From the NCBI RefSeq assembly GCF_009914755.1, contig NC_060926.1: DNA of 64,000 nucleotides. One strand, written 5' to 3'. The position numbers were made by a program, and so were the translations under genes. This DNA comes from the human T2T-CHM13v2.0 reference genome, Homo sapiens. Positions 47,996-61,072 of the stretch are shown here, piece after piece (the first letter of the stretch is position 1; each line of letters starts with the position of its first letter). The notes beneath the pieces are model-generated. The model ran no database searches. It was not told where the DNA came from and saw nothing but the letters and a program-made list of their open reading frames with translations.

Positions 47996-48616
47996 TAAAA
48001 GACATTTCATACACTGCTGGTAAATACATTTTGAACATTAATTTAGTAGCATATTCACAAACACATGTATAACAATAAGGATATATAATATATGTAAAGG
48101 ATATTTGTGTAGATTTGTTACATATATACTTATGTATAAGGACATTTATTACAGCATTATTATATCAAAAAGATGGATCCTTATCAATAGGAAATTATCA
48201 TTATCAAAAGTAAATCATTACCAATAGGAAATAGCTCAATTTTCATACCCAGAAATTAATGTAGTATGCAACCATTTTTTACAAGTGAGGTTAGATCTAG
48301 AGTATACTGATTATTTCACAATTAAAGTGTATTTAAAGCATCAGTGATGACATCTTAAGAGTTCTTGTTAAAATTCTTGTAATATTTCCTGTGTTGCAAA
48401 TGGAAGCTACATGCTATATTGATGCTGTACCTTGTTAGCAACAAGATTGCTAGTCATTAAATTTTTATTGTCAGTGCCTGAGTGCTGAAATATTGGACCC
48501 TCAATCTGAATATTGCCAAGGGATTGTACATGGGGATCTGTATTTAATATAAACGTTTCAGTATATTGGGTAAAACTTTTATTAAAATATATCAAAGGAT
48601 CTTTCATCTGCTAAAC

Positions 48617-48957
48617 CAGGAGTTGGCCAGCTTTTTCTGCAAAGAGCCAGTTAGTAAATATTTTAGGCTTTGTGGACTATATAAATTAATTTATTTTTGA
48701 GACAGGGTCTCACTCTGTTTCCCAGGCTGGAGTGCAGTTGTGTGATCATGGCTTACTGAAGTCTTGACTTTCTGAGCTCTAGTGATCTTCCCACCTCAGC
48801 CTCTCTACTAGTTGGGACCACAGGTGTGCAACATCACACCCAGCTAATTGACACTGTGGACTGTAAAGTGAATAAGCATGGCTGTGTTCCAAAATACTTG
48901 ACTTACAAAAACAGGCAGTGGGCTGGATTTGGCCCAAGGTGCTAATTTGCTGACCCT
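48617..48957 (+). mobile_element. MER58A interrupted by an antisense Alu monomer (~48695-48850)
   Basis: CAGGAGTTGGCCAGCTTTTTCTGCAAAG...AAATATTTTAGGCTTTGTGG...GGGCTGGATTTGGCCC. Confidence 0.65.
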
Positions 48958-49933
48958 TGTGCTAAAAGGAAGGTGCTGCAAGTGAAGTGACTCCTATTTG
49001 TAAAAGTGCCCTGCGTGTGTGAAATTATCCTTCCTTTGAGAAAAGGATATATTTCAGTATTCACCTCACCATATTTTTCCACAGTGACTTCATATAATTT
49101 TAAAAATTTCATTTATAAAATAAGATTATTTTCTGCATTTCTCCCACTTTATTCCTGTTAATAGAACCCAGTATTTTGCTGTGATCAATTATTTTGTATA
49201 TTTGATGAGTATCAGTTTTCCTAGAATTGGCTGATTTTATCAAGCAAGAAATACTCTCCTTGAAACTTTTAGTATTTCTTGGTCTTTATGTATAAGCATG
49301 AATAAAATGATAATCAGCTTATGTGTAATCTAGAAATGTTCAAGGCGACTTTTAGTTCTATAGTTTTAAGAATTTAACACCTCAGTCTGGCATTTTTAAT
49401 GCCACATGTGTATAATTTTTATAACCTTTAAAATATATAATTGTTATATAAAATTTGAAAACTACACCTGTTATATAAAACTTGAAACTATTTGTCTATT
49501 ACTTTTCCATGACTGTGGAAGAAAATTACAACATTCTCAGTCATGACTCCTAAGCATGATGTCCTTAAAAGAACTGTCCACACTCACGAACTCAAATTTT
49601 CTTTTCATTCACTCTTAATCTCACACCGGCGTCTTCAATTTCAGCAGTCCTCCAACATTGTTTTTCCTCAAGATTATCACAATTTTTTTCTGTAAATTAT
49701 GCATTTTTCTTACACCTCATTTTATTTAATCTGTCAGCAATATTTGAGCCAGTGGAGGGCGTCTCCTCCCTAACGGCGTCTTCACTTGGCTTTCAGGTCC
49801 TCACTCCCTCAAGCTTTTCCTCCTGCATTTCTAGTCCATTCATCATGGTCTGTTTTGCTTGCTCCTCCTCATCTTTCTCCTTTTGGACATTGTTGTTTCC
49901 CAGGGCTCAGTCCTCAATCTTCTTTCTCCTGAC

Positions 49934-50234
49934 TTTTTCTTTTTCTTTTTTTGAGACGGAGTTTGACTCTGTCCCCCAGGCTGGAGTTCAGTGGTGTGAT
50001 CTCAGCTCACTACAACTTCTGCCTCTTGGGTTTAAGTGATTCTCCTGCCTCAGCCTCCTGAGTAGCTGGCATTACAGGTGTGTGCCACCATGCCTGGCTA
50101 ATTTTTGTATTTTTAGTAGAGACAGCATTTCCCCATGTTGGCCAGCCTGGTCTCAAACTCCTGACCTCAGGTGATCTGTCTGCCTTGGCCTCACAAAGTG
50201 TTGGGATTACAGGTGTGAGCCACTGCACCCGGCC
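49934..50234 (-). mobile_element. AluSx-type, shared by both duplicate copies
   Basis: Full antisense Alu; TSD CTC(C/A)TGACTTTTT; counterpart at 63539-63832. Confidence 0.88.
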
Positions 50235-50979
50235 CCTCATGACTTTTTCTATTGTGTATATGCTAGTGATTTCCAAATGTATGTCTCCAGCTCAGATCTC
50301 TCTCCTTAATTCCAGATTTTTTATATCAGCCTGCCTACTTGACGTCTCTATTTGGTTAGTTATTGGGTATCACACACTTGTCAGATCCAAAATTGGGCTA
50401 CTGATGTCCTTCCTGAAATCTACACCTCATGTAGTCTTTCCTACTTTGGTTAAGGGCAACTCTTCCAATTGCTCTGCCAAAAATGTCATTGTCATTCTTG
50501 ACTCATCTGTCCCTCTGACACCTCATATCTGATCTTTCAGTAAATCTTGTCAGGTCTACCTGAAGAATATGACCAGAAGCCAGTCATATCTTGTACATCT
50601 GAGCCACTGTCATCTGCAGTCATGAGTGTCATAGACTGGGAATTGATCGTCCTGGCTTTTAAAAACTTCCCTTTTCATCAATTCTTAACTCAGTGGATGT
50701 ATTTAAAACATAAGTCAAATTGTGTCATTCCTCTGCCCCAGCACTTCTGATTGCCTCCTTTTCACTCTGAGTATGGGTCAAAGTTCCTCCTGATTATCTC
50801 CCTTGCTCTGCTTCAGCCACACTGAATTCTTGCCATCCCGTATCTACCCCTAGTGCTTAAAGACTCCAGTCACACCTCTGTGCTTGGCAGTTCCCTGTGT
50901 CTGGGATGCTTTTCCCCCAGATATCCTCCTAGCTTAACTCTTTCCATTCCTTCAGTTCTTTATTTAAAACCGCCTTTCT

Positions 50980-51261
50980 AAGAAGAAGAAGACAAAGGGT
51001 AAAAAGAAACACATTAAGGAACATCCACTTTCTGAGGAAGAACCGTGTACTACCCAGACGCATCATGCTTAAGATGCAATTGGCAGCATACAAGGAATGC
51101 TCTCTAAGGTAATCAAGGCAAGGTTCAATGAAACAAAGTGATTTATCATCTCTAACTTGAAACCTATTTGTATCTTGACATCAACGCTGTTAACCTTATG
51201 TCATCGTTTCTTAGAGTCTTTGATATACAAATAAAAGGTTTTTTGTATTAGAAAAAAAAAA
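50980..51261 (+). pseudogene. 5'-truncated processed pseudogene fragment of NOP58
   Basis: Translates KKKKTKGKKKHIKEHPLSEEEPCT (recalled NOP58 C-terminus KKKKKRGKKKHIKEEPLSEEEPCT), then UTR-like sequence, AATAAA at 51230-51235, A-tail at 51252-51261, flanking AAAACC..CTTTCT duplication. Confidence 0.8.
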
Positions 51262-51580
51262 CCCTTTCTCAGCAGGGACTCTTCTGGCCATCTCAACTTT
51301 CCCACCACCCTCCCCATCAAACACATAAACATTTCATTTTCCTGCTTTAGTTTTTCTCCTCTAACATACCGTATATTTTGCCTTATCTGTCTGTTGTTAT
51401 TGTGTGTTTTTCTCACTGTCATGAATAGGGTTTTTATTTTTCACTACCATATCTTCACTGCTTAGAAAAAGGCTTAGCATATTGGATGTAGCTACCTAAT
51501 AAATACTTATTAAATAAGTGAATGGAGTTTATCCTGTGTATATTGTTTGATTGATTCTCACTTTAAAAATGTTTGACATG

Positions 51581-51947
<367 letters not shown>

Positions 51948-52077
51948 CTACATTCTTTATATTAATTTTTTTATTTAGGGAGAAAAGCCCAATATTGTGG
52001 TTATTCACTATTTATTCTTTAATAGTAATCATAATTGTCATTATGGTAAACTGAGTCAGAGGAATTGCAAACTTTAC

Positions 52078-52213
52078 TATTTTATTTTATTTTATTTTAT
52101 TTTTTTGAGATGGAGTCTCGCTGTATCGCCCAGGCTGGAGTGCAGTGGCGCGATCTCAGTTCATTGCAACGTGGGTTCATGCATTTCTCCTGCCTCAGCC
52201 TCCCAAGGAGCTG
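52078..52213 (-). mobile_element. Alu 3' fragment broken at the duplication junction
   Basis: (ATTTT)n tail, GAGATGGAGTCTCGCT...CCTGCCTCAGCCTCCCAAGGAGCTGG, then abrupt switch to U6 sequence. Confidence 0.85.
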
Positions 52214-52261
52214 GCCCTTGCATAAGGCGGCCACACAAATTTTTGAAGCATTCTATATTTT
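52212..52261 (+). pseudogene. 3' half of the U6 snRNA pseudogene (duplicate copy)
   Basis: TGGCCCTTGCATAAGG...CACACAAATTTTTGAAGCATTCTATATTTT. Confidence 0.8.
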
Positions 52262-53385
52262 GCGCAGTCACTGGAAGGTCATTTGACTGTTTGCTGAGTA
52301 GCTTTAAGGAAATGGTGTGAATCAAAGCAGAATGGGTGCCACAAAAACATTGAAATTGTGATTTGCGCAATAAAAATAGTCATGTAAGGTGGTCTGTGAG
52401 ATGACACCAGAGCCAAATAACGTGTGGGGTGTTGTGTACCAAATATATTGTTAGTATGTATGTTAAAAATTAGAGAATGGCAACTTACAACTTCTTCGTG
52501 GAACCTAAAAAAAAATAAAAGTAGGGTTTTCGTCTCCCATGTCAGCTGGAGATGAACATGTATATAAAGCATCATCGTAACAAACATCTGGCTGAGAGTT
52601 TGAGTCTGTAGAGAAGGATCATTGGTCCAAGTCAGGTCTTGACATCCATTGGTTTTTCTGCCCTTGGCGTGATTGATCAACTCCGTAATAGTGGACAATC
52701 ACATTATCTACTTTAATGAGATATTTATGAAAAAATTTAGTTACAAACTATGACATAGTTGAGATGCCCTGAATTAGAAGCCATAAAGAGTAGGACAACT
52801 AAGAAGCAAAATTAGGACTTAATAACATTTCCTGAAAACTACAACATTTGCATATTAGAACCTATGAACAAAATTCGCACTGGGTTTTATTTGGGATTCC
52901 AAGATAATTTCAGTCATAAAGTTTAGGAACAAATTATTCCATTGTTTTACTATTTCTTTGAGCATTTAAAAAAATGTTATCGTGTTAAATCATTATAACA
53001 ACCTAGTAAAATAAGGCAGCATAGTCCTCACTTTGTAGAAGACATTGAGCCTAAGAGAAGCAGCTTGTTCAAGAGCAAATAGCTGTTCATTATGGAGCTA
53101 GGACTTATTTAGAGTTGGGACACTTTCTATTATGTCAGGCTAATGCAAGTTAATTTACTGGGTCACAGTGCCCTCGATTTATGAGTATTTCATCTTACTT
53201 TTTTTTCTTCTTTAATTAGAAGCTTCATGAGAAGTTTGTAGAACGTACGCATAAGTGGATGGGATAATACTGTTAAGTTCTGATATTCTGATATTGTTTG
53301 AAATACTCTAAGAATTTTACATTTGGTAAGTTTCCAGATCAGTATTTTAAAACAGTAATTTTATTTGTTATATTTTTATACATAG

Positions 53386-53456
53386 AATTTGTGAATTACT
53401 TTCTGACTACAAAGAAAAGCAGATGCCAAAATACTCTTCTGAAAACAGCAACCCAG
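53386..53456 (+). CDS. POTEE: POTE coding exon 10 (duplicate of exon 6)
   Basis: [23 protein letters not shown]; CATAG acceptor, GTAAGA donor; 71 nt. Confidence 0.88.
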
Positions 53457-53487
53457 GTAAGACTTGTGATAGTGAATTACTTTAGGT

Positions 53488-54014
53488 CAGTTGTCCACAA
53501 TCTTTTTGGCACCAGGGACCGGTTTTGTGGAAGACAATCTTTCCATGGGCTGGGGGAAGGTGGGGATGGTTTCAGGATTGTTCAGTCACATTACACTTAT
53601 TGTGCTACTTTATATTATTATTACATTGTAATATATAATAAAATAATTATACAACTTACCATAATGTAGAATCAGTGGAAGCTCTGAGCTGATTTTTCTG
53701 CAACTAGATGGTCCCTTCTGGTGGCAAAGTGAGACAGTGACAGATCATCAGGCATTAGATTCTCATACGAAGCACACAACCTAGATCCCTCAGATGGGCA
53801 GTTCACAACAGGGTTCATGCTCCTATGAGTATCTAATGCTATCACTGATCTGACTGGAGACAGAGTAGAGGCTGTAATATGAACCATAAGGAGTGGCTGT
53901 AAATACAGATGAAGCTTCCCTGGCTTGCCTGCTGCGCACCTACTCCTGTGTGGCGTGGTTCCTAACAGACCGTGGACTGGTACCAGTCTGTGGCCGGGGA
54001 GTTGTGGAGCCCTG
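53488..54014 (+). mobile_element. MER1A (duplicate copy)
   Basis: Collinear with 38916-39442. Confidence 0.82.
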
Positions 54015-57000
54015 CTCTGGGAGGTCCTACCATAGATTTAAAAAGTAAAAGTAAGGAATTTTTGTTCACAAAAGAACAGTGAAGCACAGGTCATGTTACA
54101 TATGCTTGTGCCAACAAGGTCTCACTGTTACTGACTTCATTCCTCCTATTTTGAAGTTGAAAGAGATGCATTTACTTTGTTGGAACAAGATGTGTTCTTC
54201 CACCGGCTGGTTAATTGTCATGATAACAGTAATTTTGTTAGAAGAAGGTGCTCTGCTACCATTTGCCAAAAGATTGTCATAATGTACAATTTTCCCAATG
54301 CAAGGGTCAGCAGATTATAATAAAAATATAAAAATGTTTCACAGTAACAAAAATGCTAGTATGCTACCTGGATGTGGACACCTAATACATGGTACAATCC
54401 AAACTGTATGAGGACACCTTTAATTTAGCTACCTATTTGTCAAAGAGCTTCTGTAAGTTAGGTTTTATAAGTTGCAGGAGACAAAGATGGAATAGATGTA
54501 GTTTTAATCTTTAAGGTGCTCACAACAGAAGTGTTTCTATTTCATTTCTGTGGTTTTTCAACAGAATTTACAAAGAAAACATTTTTATTTATGTTTTCAC
54601 TTGTCCACTTAACAAATAACTGTCAAATGTCTTTTAGATACTAAGCAGTTTTTCTAAGGCTACAGAACACAAAAACAGACAGGAGCTTGTTATTATTATC
54701 ATTGTCATTTTTATTATTTTGCTGCTTTATTCAGTGCTTACTGTGTGCTAGATGCCCACTGGAATCTTATGATTTATTATATGTGATATTGATTGTGTGC
54801 CAGACATATGTGATGAGGAGTGAAAGCTTTAGAAAGAAAGGAGGCAGGATTTAATGTAAGCATGCAGAGTGAGAAGAATTTTTCAGGGAAAGAAGCAGAG
54901 GAATGACATTTGGCAGAAGGAACATGGAGTGAGATAGTGTGTTTGCCAGAAGGAACATCTAATGAGATTGCCCGTTTGGGAGGAAGAGCAGCAAGTGCAG
55001 AAGACAAGATGCTTGAGTGAACATGGCAGGGTTTCTGAGCAGTTCACTTTTGCTATTACCAAAAGTGTGAGATACCAGAGGTTGGGAGTGAGGTGAATAC
55101 TTAGCTAAGGCAAGTTTACGATAGACTTTTTAATACTATAGAAATGAGTAGGTCTTTTCCTGTGGGCCATGGGAAATTTACCAGGTAGAATGCTTTGGAC
55201 TGCAAATACTAGATGAGCAGTGACTAAAACACTAGGAACCAGAGTTGTTTTTTTGTTCATTGATATCCTAGGGATCCCACTTGTCCCTCTTTCAGCTGTG
55301 CTGTTGACAGTGTTTTATTCACGTCTCCTTTTGTGGTTGGCTAATCTGCAGCAGCTCCAAACATCTTGTTCTCACAACACAACATCGAAAGGGCTGCTTT
55401 TCTTCACATGTGTCTTTTAAACAGGGAGAAAACTTAGAAGCATGCAAGGGGCTTCCTGTAACATTTCATTGGCTGGGTCATGCCACATGCTCATTCCCAA
55501 ACCAGGCACTGGGAAGGTAAATATCTGATTAGCTTAGAATAAACATTTCTTTCTGAGGCTGAGGAGGGGGATTGGGATATTAAATATCCCAATAGACTTA
55601 TGTTTTTTCTGCCAGAAAGAATGAGGAATGGCTATTGATAGGGAGCCAACAATGTGTGCTGGAGGGGGCTCATTGGAGAAATTTGAGCAGGGGAGCCACA
55701 AGATTAAATTTGAGTATTAAGGCATTCTGGTTATGGTGTAAAATGGGTTAGCAAGCTTTTTCTTTAAAGGACCAGGTGGGAAATATTTTGGACTATGTGG
55801 TCTCTGTCATATCTACTTAACCGTGCTGTTGTCTGCTGTTGTAGTGTGAAAGCCACCATGATTATATGTAAGCAAACAGGCATGACTGAGCTCCTATAAA
55901 ACTTTATTTACAAAACCATAATGCAGATTGGATTTGGCCTGTGGCCTATAGTTTCCTGGGATTGATGGGAGATAATCATGCAAAGAAACCAGGAGACAAA
56001 GGAAGCTTTTGCAGTAGTCAGCTATAGTTTCCATGTCACACATCCTTGGAGTAGCATCAATGTATTACAAGGTTTTCACCCGTCCATGGTGAAATAAATA
56101 ACGTTAGAAATCTCAGTTACTCATTTTACTATGTTGGCCTTCGTTATGCCTTTTTCACTTGTTTTGCTTAATTTTTTTTCCTGTAAGAAATAACATTAAT
56201 AGTTGGCAGTTTTCTTTTAAATAGAAGTCATTTTGTAAATGTTTGTGTTCCCAGTGGCAGTGGGAATATAAAACAGAGGCAGAAGAGAGGTATAGTCAAT
56301 ATGATTTAGTGATAATTGAATGAGAAAGGCTTGGGGGACAGAGAGAAATCTCAGATGATGTACAGGTTTCCAGATTGCACACTAGTATTTAACCTGGACA
56401 TGAGGAAGGAGTAGGAAATTTTCTGGTGAATACAGAAGAGCAAAGAGCAGCAGGTCAGCAGGAATGACTAATGTTTTTCGATCCATGTTTAATGGAATAT
56501 TCGTGTAGGGTATTTTGAGTAGGTAATTGGATAATCAGCATTTATAACTCGCATCCTACTAGTTTGACTCTAAGTAATAAGACTTGTCAAAGATCCAAGA
56601 ATCTGAAAGTCAGTAATAAATGTCCATGTGCATCATCGTCCGTGACAGAAAGTCAGCATCCACAGAACACAGAATTGGGACAGATGAACTTAATAGATAA
56701 AGATGAATATCGGAGTTGTTCCTCTTAGGGAATGATACTCTCCATGACCTGTGTGAGTCACAGCTGCCAGAAAAGAAAGAGCAAGGAGCGTATGAAGGCA
56801 GCACAGCAAATTCGGTCCTAGAGTGCCCTGCTTGGCTTCATGTCATAGTTCTGACTTCTAAATAATCATTTTCTGCAAAATGTGCTTTGTGTTTTTCCCT
56901 CTTGCCGCCTGCAGCCAATCAGAATCTTTTTAGCAGGATATAATGAAAAGAAGTAAGAGAAAGAGTGTTTTTTTGTAATGGGATAGTATTTAACGTAAAC

Positions 57001-58013
57001 TTGAGAGTGAGTACCAGGATTATACTTAGAATTTATGGACTGGATGGGAAGACTGGATAGAAATCTAAAGATTGCTGACTCAAACACAATGTGGTTTCTT
57101 TGATTTATTTTCACAGCTCTGAATTCACGACTGTTAATTGTATTCATATGCATTATAACTTTACAAAGCATCTTCCGAAACCAAATATTTACTGATTTAT
57201 TATAATTTGTATGACTTTATTATAGAACTGACTTTCCAAGTGTTCATGAGAATTGTTTAGAATTTGCTACATTGTATCATCTCAGCTGTGTCCACATGAG
57301 CTATCTGTCACCTTGTCTTAATGAATAATTGTTCACTAGGAATATTGGTTTTGGCATTGAAATGATCTATATCTAAATGCAGATAGGACCCGGGACCACT
57401 TTTGAACATTAATGTTCAAGCATCTTAAAATTACACATAATGCTTTCATAATCTGACTTCTGCCCCACTCTCCATCTTTAGCCCTTTTCCCTGTGTGCCC
57501 TGTCTCTGGCATTACTGAACTGCTGGCAGTGCCCTACTCACTCATCCTTCTATTGTAGGCAAATACTTTCACTCTTTCAGGAGTCGCTCCCGCTCTTGCT
57601 GCTGCGTGGCATGCCGTCACCCTTTCCTGCCCTCTACACCTTTTAATCTGGCTAGTCTCAATATTTAAGTCTCTGCTTGGGCATGTGTTCTAGAAAAGCC
57701 ATCTCTGACATGCTTTATTTTAATTCTTTTTAAACCCTAATGCCTAGCATGTATTTAGCAGGACTCAATAAAATATTTCTGAGTAAAACAAAGACTGTTT
57801 TTACAAAGATGATGTGCAAGACTCTCCCCTGCAGTCTTGGAGCAGAGGGGACAGACGTGGAGGAATAATGTACAGTTTAGGTGGTAAAGATGCAGTAGAA
57901 AAATCAGTAAAGTACTAAGGCAGCCTTAAGGAAGGAGGTACCTGTTTATTTGGGGAAAGACATGCAGAATCAAGGAAGACTTCATATAGCATTGTTTCAA
58001 AAGATGAAAATAA

Positions 58014-58312
58014 GGCCAGGTGTGGTGGCTCACACCTGTAATCCCAGCACTTTCAGAGGGAATCACGAGGTCAGGAGATCGAGACCATCCTGTCCAATGG
58101 TGAAACCCCATCTCTACTAAAAATACAAAAATCAGCTGGGTGTGGTGGTGCTTGCCTGTAATCACAGTTACTCAGGAGACTGAAGCAGGAGAATCACTTG
58201 AACCAGGGTCGCGGAGGTTGCAGTGAGCTGATCACACCACTGCATTCCAGCCTGGTGACAGAGGAAGACTCTAGCTCATAAAAAAAAAAAAAGAAAAAAG
58301 AAAAAAAGAAAA
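58014..58312 (+). mobile_element. AluSc-like (duplicate copy)
   Basis: Same insertion site as 43494. Confidence 0.85.
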
Positions 58313-58750
58313 TAAATTTGTCAGAATAGTGGAGAGAAACATTTTAGATATTAGGAAGATGTTGTACACTAATAAAGGTGTCAGCAGTGATTTTGGAAAT
58401 CATTTATAAGGTACTATTAGGAAGTGGAGAACAGTACACTGTGTCACCTTATATGTTTCTACTGTATTTTAAAGCTGTGTTTCTGGTGGTTTTGTTCATG
58501 GATGTTGGGTGGATGAATTTGTGAGGGAATTTTTGACATGTTTGTTTGTCTTCAATCTGGTGACATCTGCTATCTCCCCAAGTGGGTTTTTGAAGTTTTT
58601 GAGAATTATTTCTTAAATGACAATTTCACAAAAGATGAAACACTCAATTTATGAAATAAAATGAAATGTCTCAAATCTGTTTTTAAAAGGCAATAGTTTT
58701 TAACTGTTTTAAGTGGTTGATTTTAACTGAATGTATGGATTTTTCAACAG

Positions 58751-58821
58751 AACAAGACTTAAAGCTGACATCAGAGGAAGAGTCACAAAGGCTTAAAGGC
58801 AGTGAAAATGGCCAGCCAGAG
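58751..58821 (+). CDS. POTEE: POTE coding exon 11 (duplicate of exon 7, GC donor)
   Basis: (E)QDLKLTSEEESQRLKGSENGQPE; GAG|GCATGG; 71 nt. Confidence 0.82.
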
Positions 58822-58956
58822 GCATGGAAACTTTTAAATTTAAACTTTTGTTTAATGTTGTGTTTTTTTTGCCTTAATAATATTAGATAGTCCAAATGAA
58901 ATTACCTTTCAGACTAGGCTTTGAGAATCAGTAGATTGTTTTTTTAAGAATCTTTT

Positions 58957-59253
58957 GGCCAGGCAAGGTGGCTCACGCCTGTAATCCCAGCACTTTGAGA
59001 GGCTGAGGCAGGTGGATCACGAGGTCTGGAGATCGAGACCATCCTGGCTAACATGGTGAAACCCCGTCTCTAGTAAAAATACAAAAACTTAGCTGGGCGT
59101 GGTGGTGGGTGCCTGTAGTCCCAGCTACTCGGGAGGCTGAGGCAGGAGAATGGCATGAACCCAGGAGAGGGAGCTTGCAGTGAGCCGACATCCACCACTA
59201 CACTCCAGCCTGGGTGACAGAGCGAGACTCCATGTGAAAAAAAAAAAAAAAAA
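58957..59253 (+). mobile_element. AluY, present only in duplicate copy 2
   Basis: GAGATCGAGACCATCCTGGCTAAC, GGAGCTTGCAG; empty site at ~44905-44915 (AAAGAATTTTTTAATAGA). Confidence 0.9.
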
Positions 59254-60498
59254 TTTTAATAGATTCTTAAAATTTATTGTAATAAAATCAGCAACCTTAT
59301 TAACAGAAGAATCAATAGATTCTAATTTAATATTTGATATTTAACTTCAACATAACCCACTATAAAATTTAAAATACTCTTATTTTAAAATATTCTTATC
59401 TGCCTTCTTGATTAGCTTATAGCTAATCTCTCCTTTTGGAATAGAGGCAAAAACAAATTTCAGAACTTTGTTTGTTCTTTTATTTTTACAACACCCTAAC
59501 ATGATAAAGAAAGTAACATCAATGATTGAATCATATTATTAAGCAATAGGAATTATGAACAATGTAACACTGATTCCCTGAGCTGGATTCATGGTTAAAG
59601 AGTAATCATGGCCTGTGATTGAAAATCCACAGTTTTATATTGTCAGTCACTGATACCAAGGTTAAGGACATATCCTGCCTTGTGGTCTCTCGTTGACCTC
59701 AGTGTTTCTGTTCAGGGAGGGAACCAGGTCATAAAAGCAACCCAACTGCCTATTACAAGAACCATATCTTGCAGAATGGGACCTTTGGTGTTAGTGCACA
59801 AACACAATAACATTCTAATTTATTTCAGTTGCAGAAAATCAGTAGAGATTAAAAAATTTTATCTGCTGTCATTAGTACACATTAGAATATATTAGAACTG
59901 GACTTACGCAGATAATCTGGATACATAACACTATCATATGACAGTATATAATTTCAATTAAAATGTGAGAATTTGCATTTCTTTCTGTTTGGTGTTGATT
60001 TCGGCTCCTAATAGTTTAAAGGGTGCCTACAATCCAGTTAGGAATCTTTTAAAAAAGCACTTCAGTGCACTGTAGGTGCTCACTAGTTAGGGTTTCATGA
60101 GGTAAACTCTTTTCAAGTGAGGAAGATTTTGGAACACTACAAATCATCTGCTGATTCATTTTTGGTAGATTTAACACATAACAAATTAAATTTAGTCCAA
60201 ACAAATAGTGAGAAAGTTAAGTTTGCTGGTTCATGTTTTTCTTCTCCCTTTGTCTAAGGTGAATTATTTTTCACATGTTAGAAGCCAGTGATGTGGCAGT
60301 AGCTAAACATAGATTAAAAAGTTAATTCTTAATTTTAATTATTATTTATTTTAACAGTTTAATTTTAATTACTTTCTAATTTTTATTGTCCATACTTGAT
60401 TACTTCAGAATAAAATTATTTTAAAAACATGCACTCCAAAAGAGGAAATGTCACAGAAATACAACAAGCAAATTAACCTTCTGTTTTTACATCTGCAG

Positions 60499-60543
60499 AA
60501 AAGATCTCAAGAACCAGAAATAAATAAGGATGGTGATAGAGAG
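60499..60543 (+). CDS. POTEE: POTE coding exon 12 (duplicate of exon 8)
   Basis: KRSQEPEINKDGDRE; CTGCAG acceptor, GTATAC donor; 45 nt. Confidence 0.85.
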
Positions 60544-60890
60544 GTATACCTTTATATTCAAACGTTTGTGTTGAATTAGATTTTTACATTATGTTGTTTA
60601 ACAAAGTGTAGTAAATGTAGGCATACATGATCCTATCATGTAAGTAGCATAAATCATCAGTGAAAAATTAAATAGTTAACTCAGAATTCTGTACATTGAA
60701 TTTTGAAGAGGTGCAAACCCTAGAGCTATTCTTTCATTATTATGGAATAATCCCGAATGGTGCCATAAAATGCTAGGTAATGCCACTTTAGGAGCTTTAG
60801 ACCAATTATTTTATCTTTCTTGGTTTTAGTCTGATTATCAATAGATAATGTGCCTAAAGTAGATAATTTCTTATTCTCTGTATTTTCCAG

Positions 60891-61072
60891 CTAGAAAATT
60901 TTATGGCTATCGAAGAAATGAAGAAGCACGGAAGTACTCATGTCGGATTCCCAGAAAACCTGACTAATGGTGCCACTGCTGGCAATGGTGATGATGGATT
61001 AATTCCTCCAAGGAAGAGCAGAACACCTGAAAGCCAGCAATTTCCTGACACTGAGAATGAAGAGTATCACAG
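60891..61072 (+). CDS. POTEE: POTE coding exon 13 (duplicate of exon 9 with a new 5' end)
   Basis: [60 protein letters not shown]; TTTTCCAG acceptor, GTAAGC donor; 182 nt. Confidence 0.88.
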
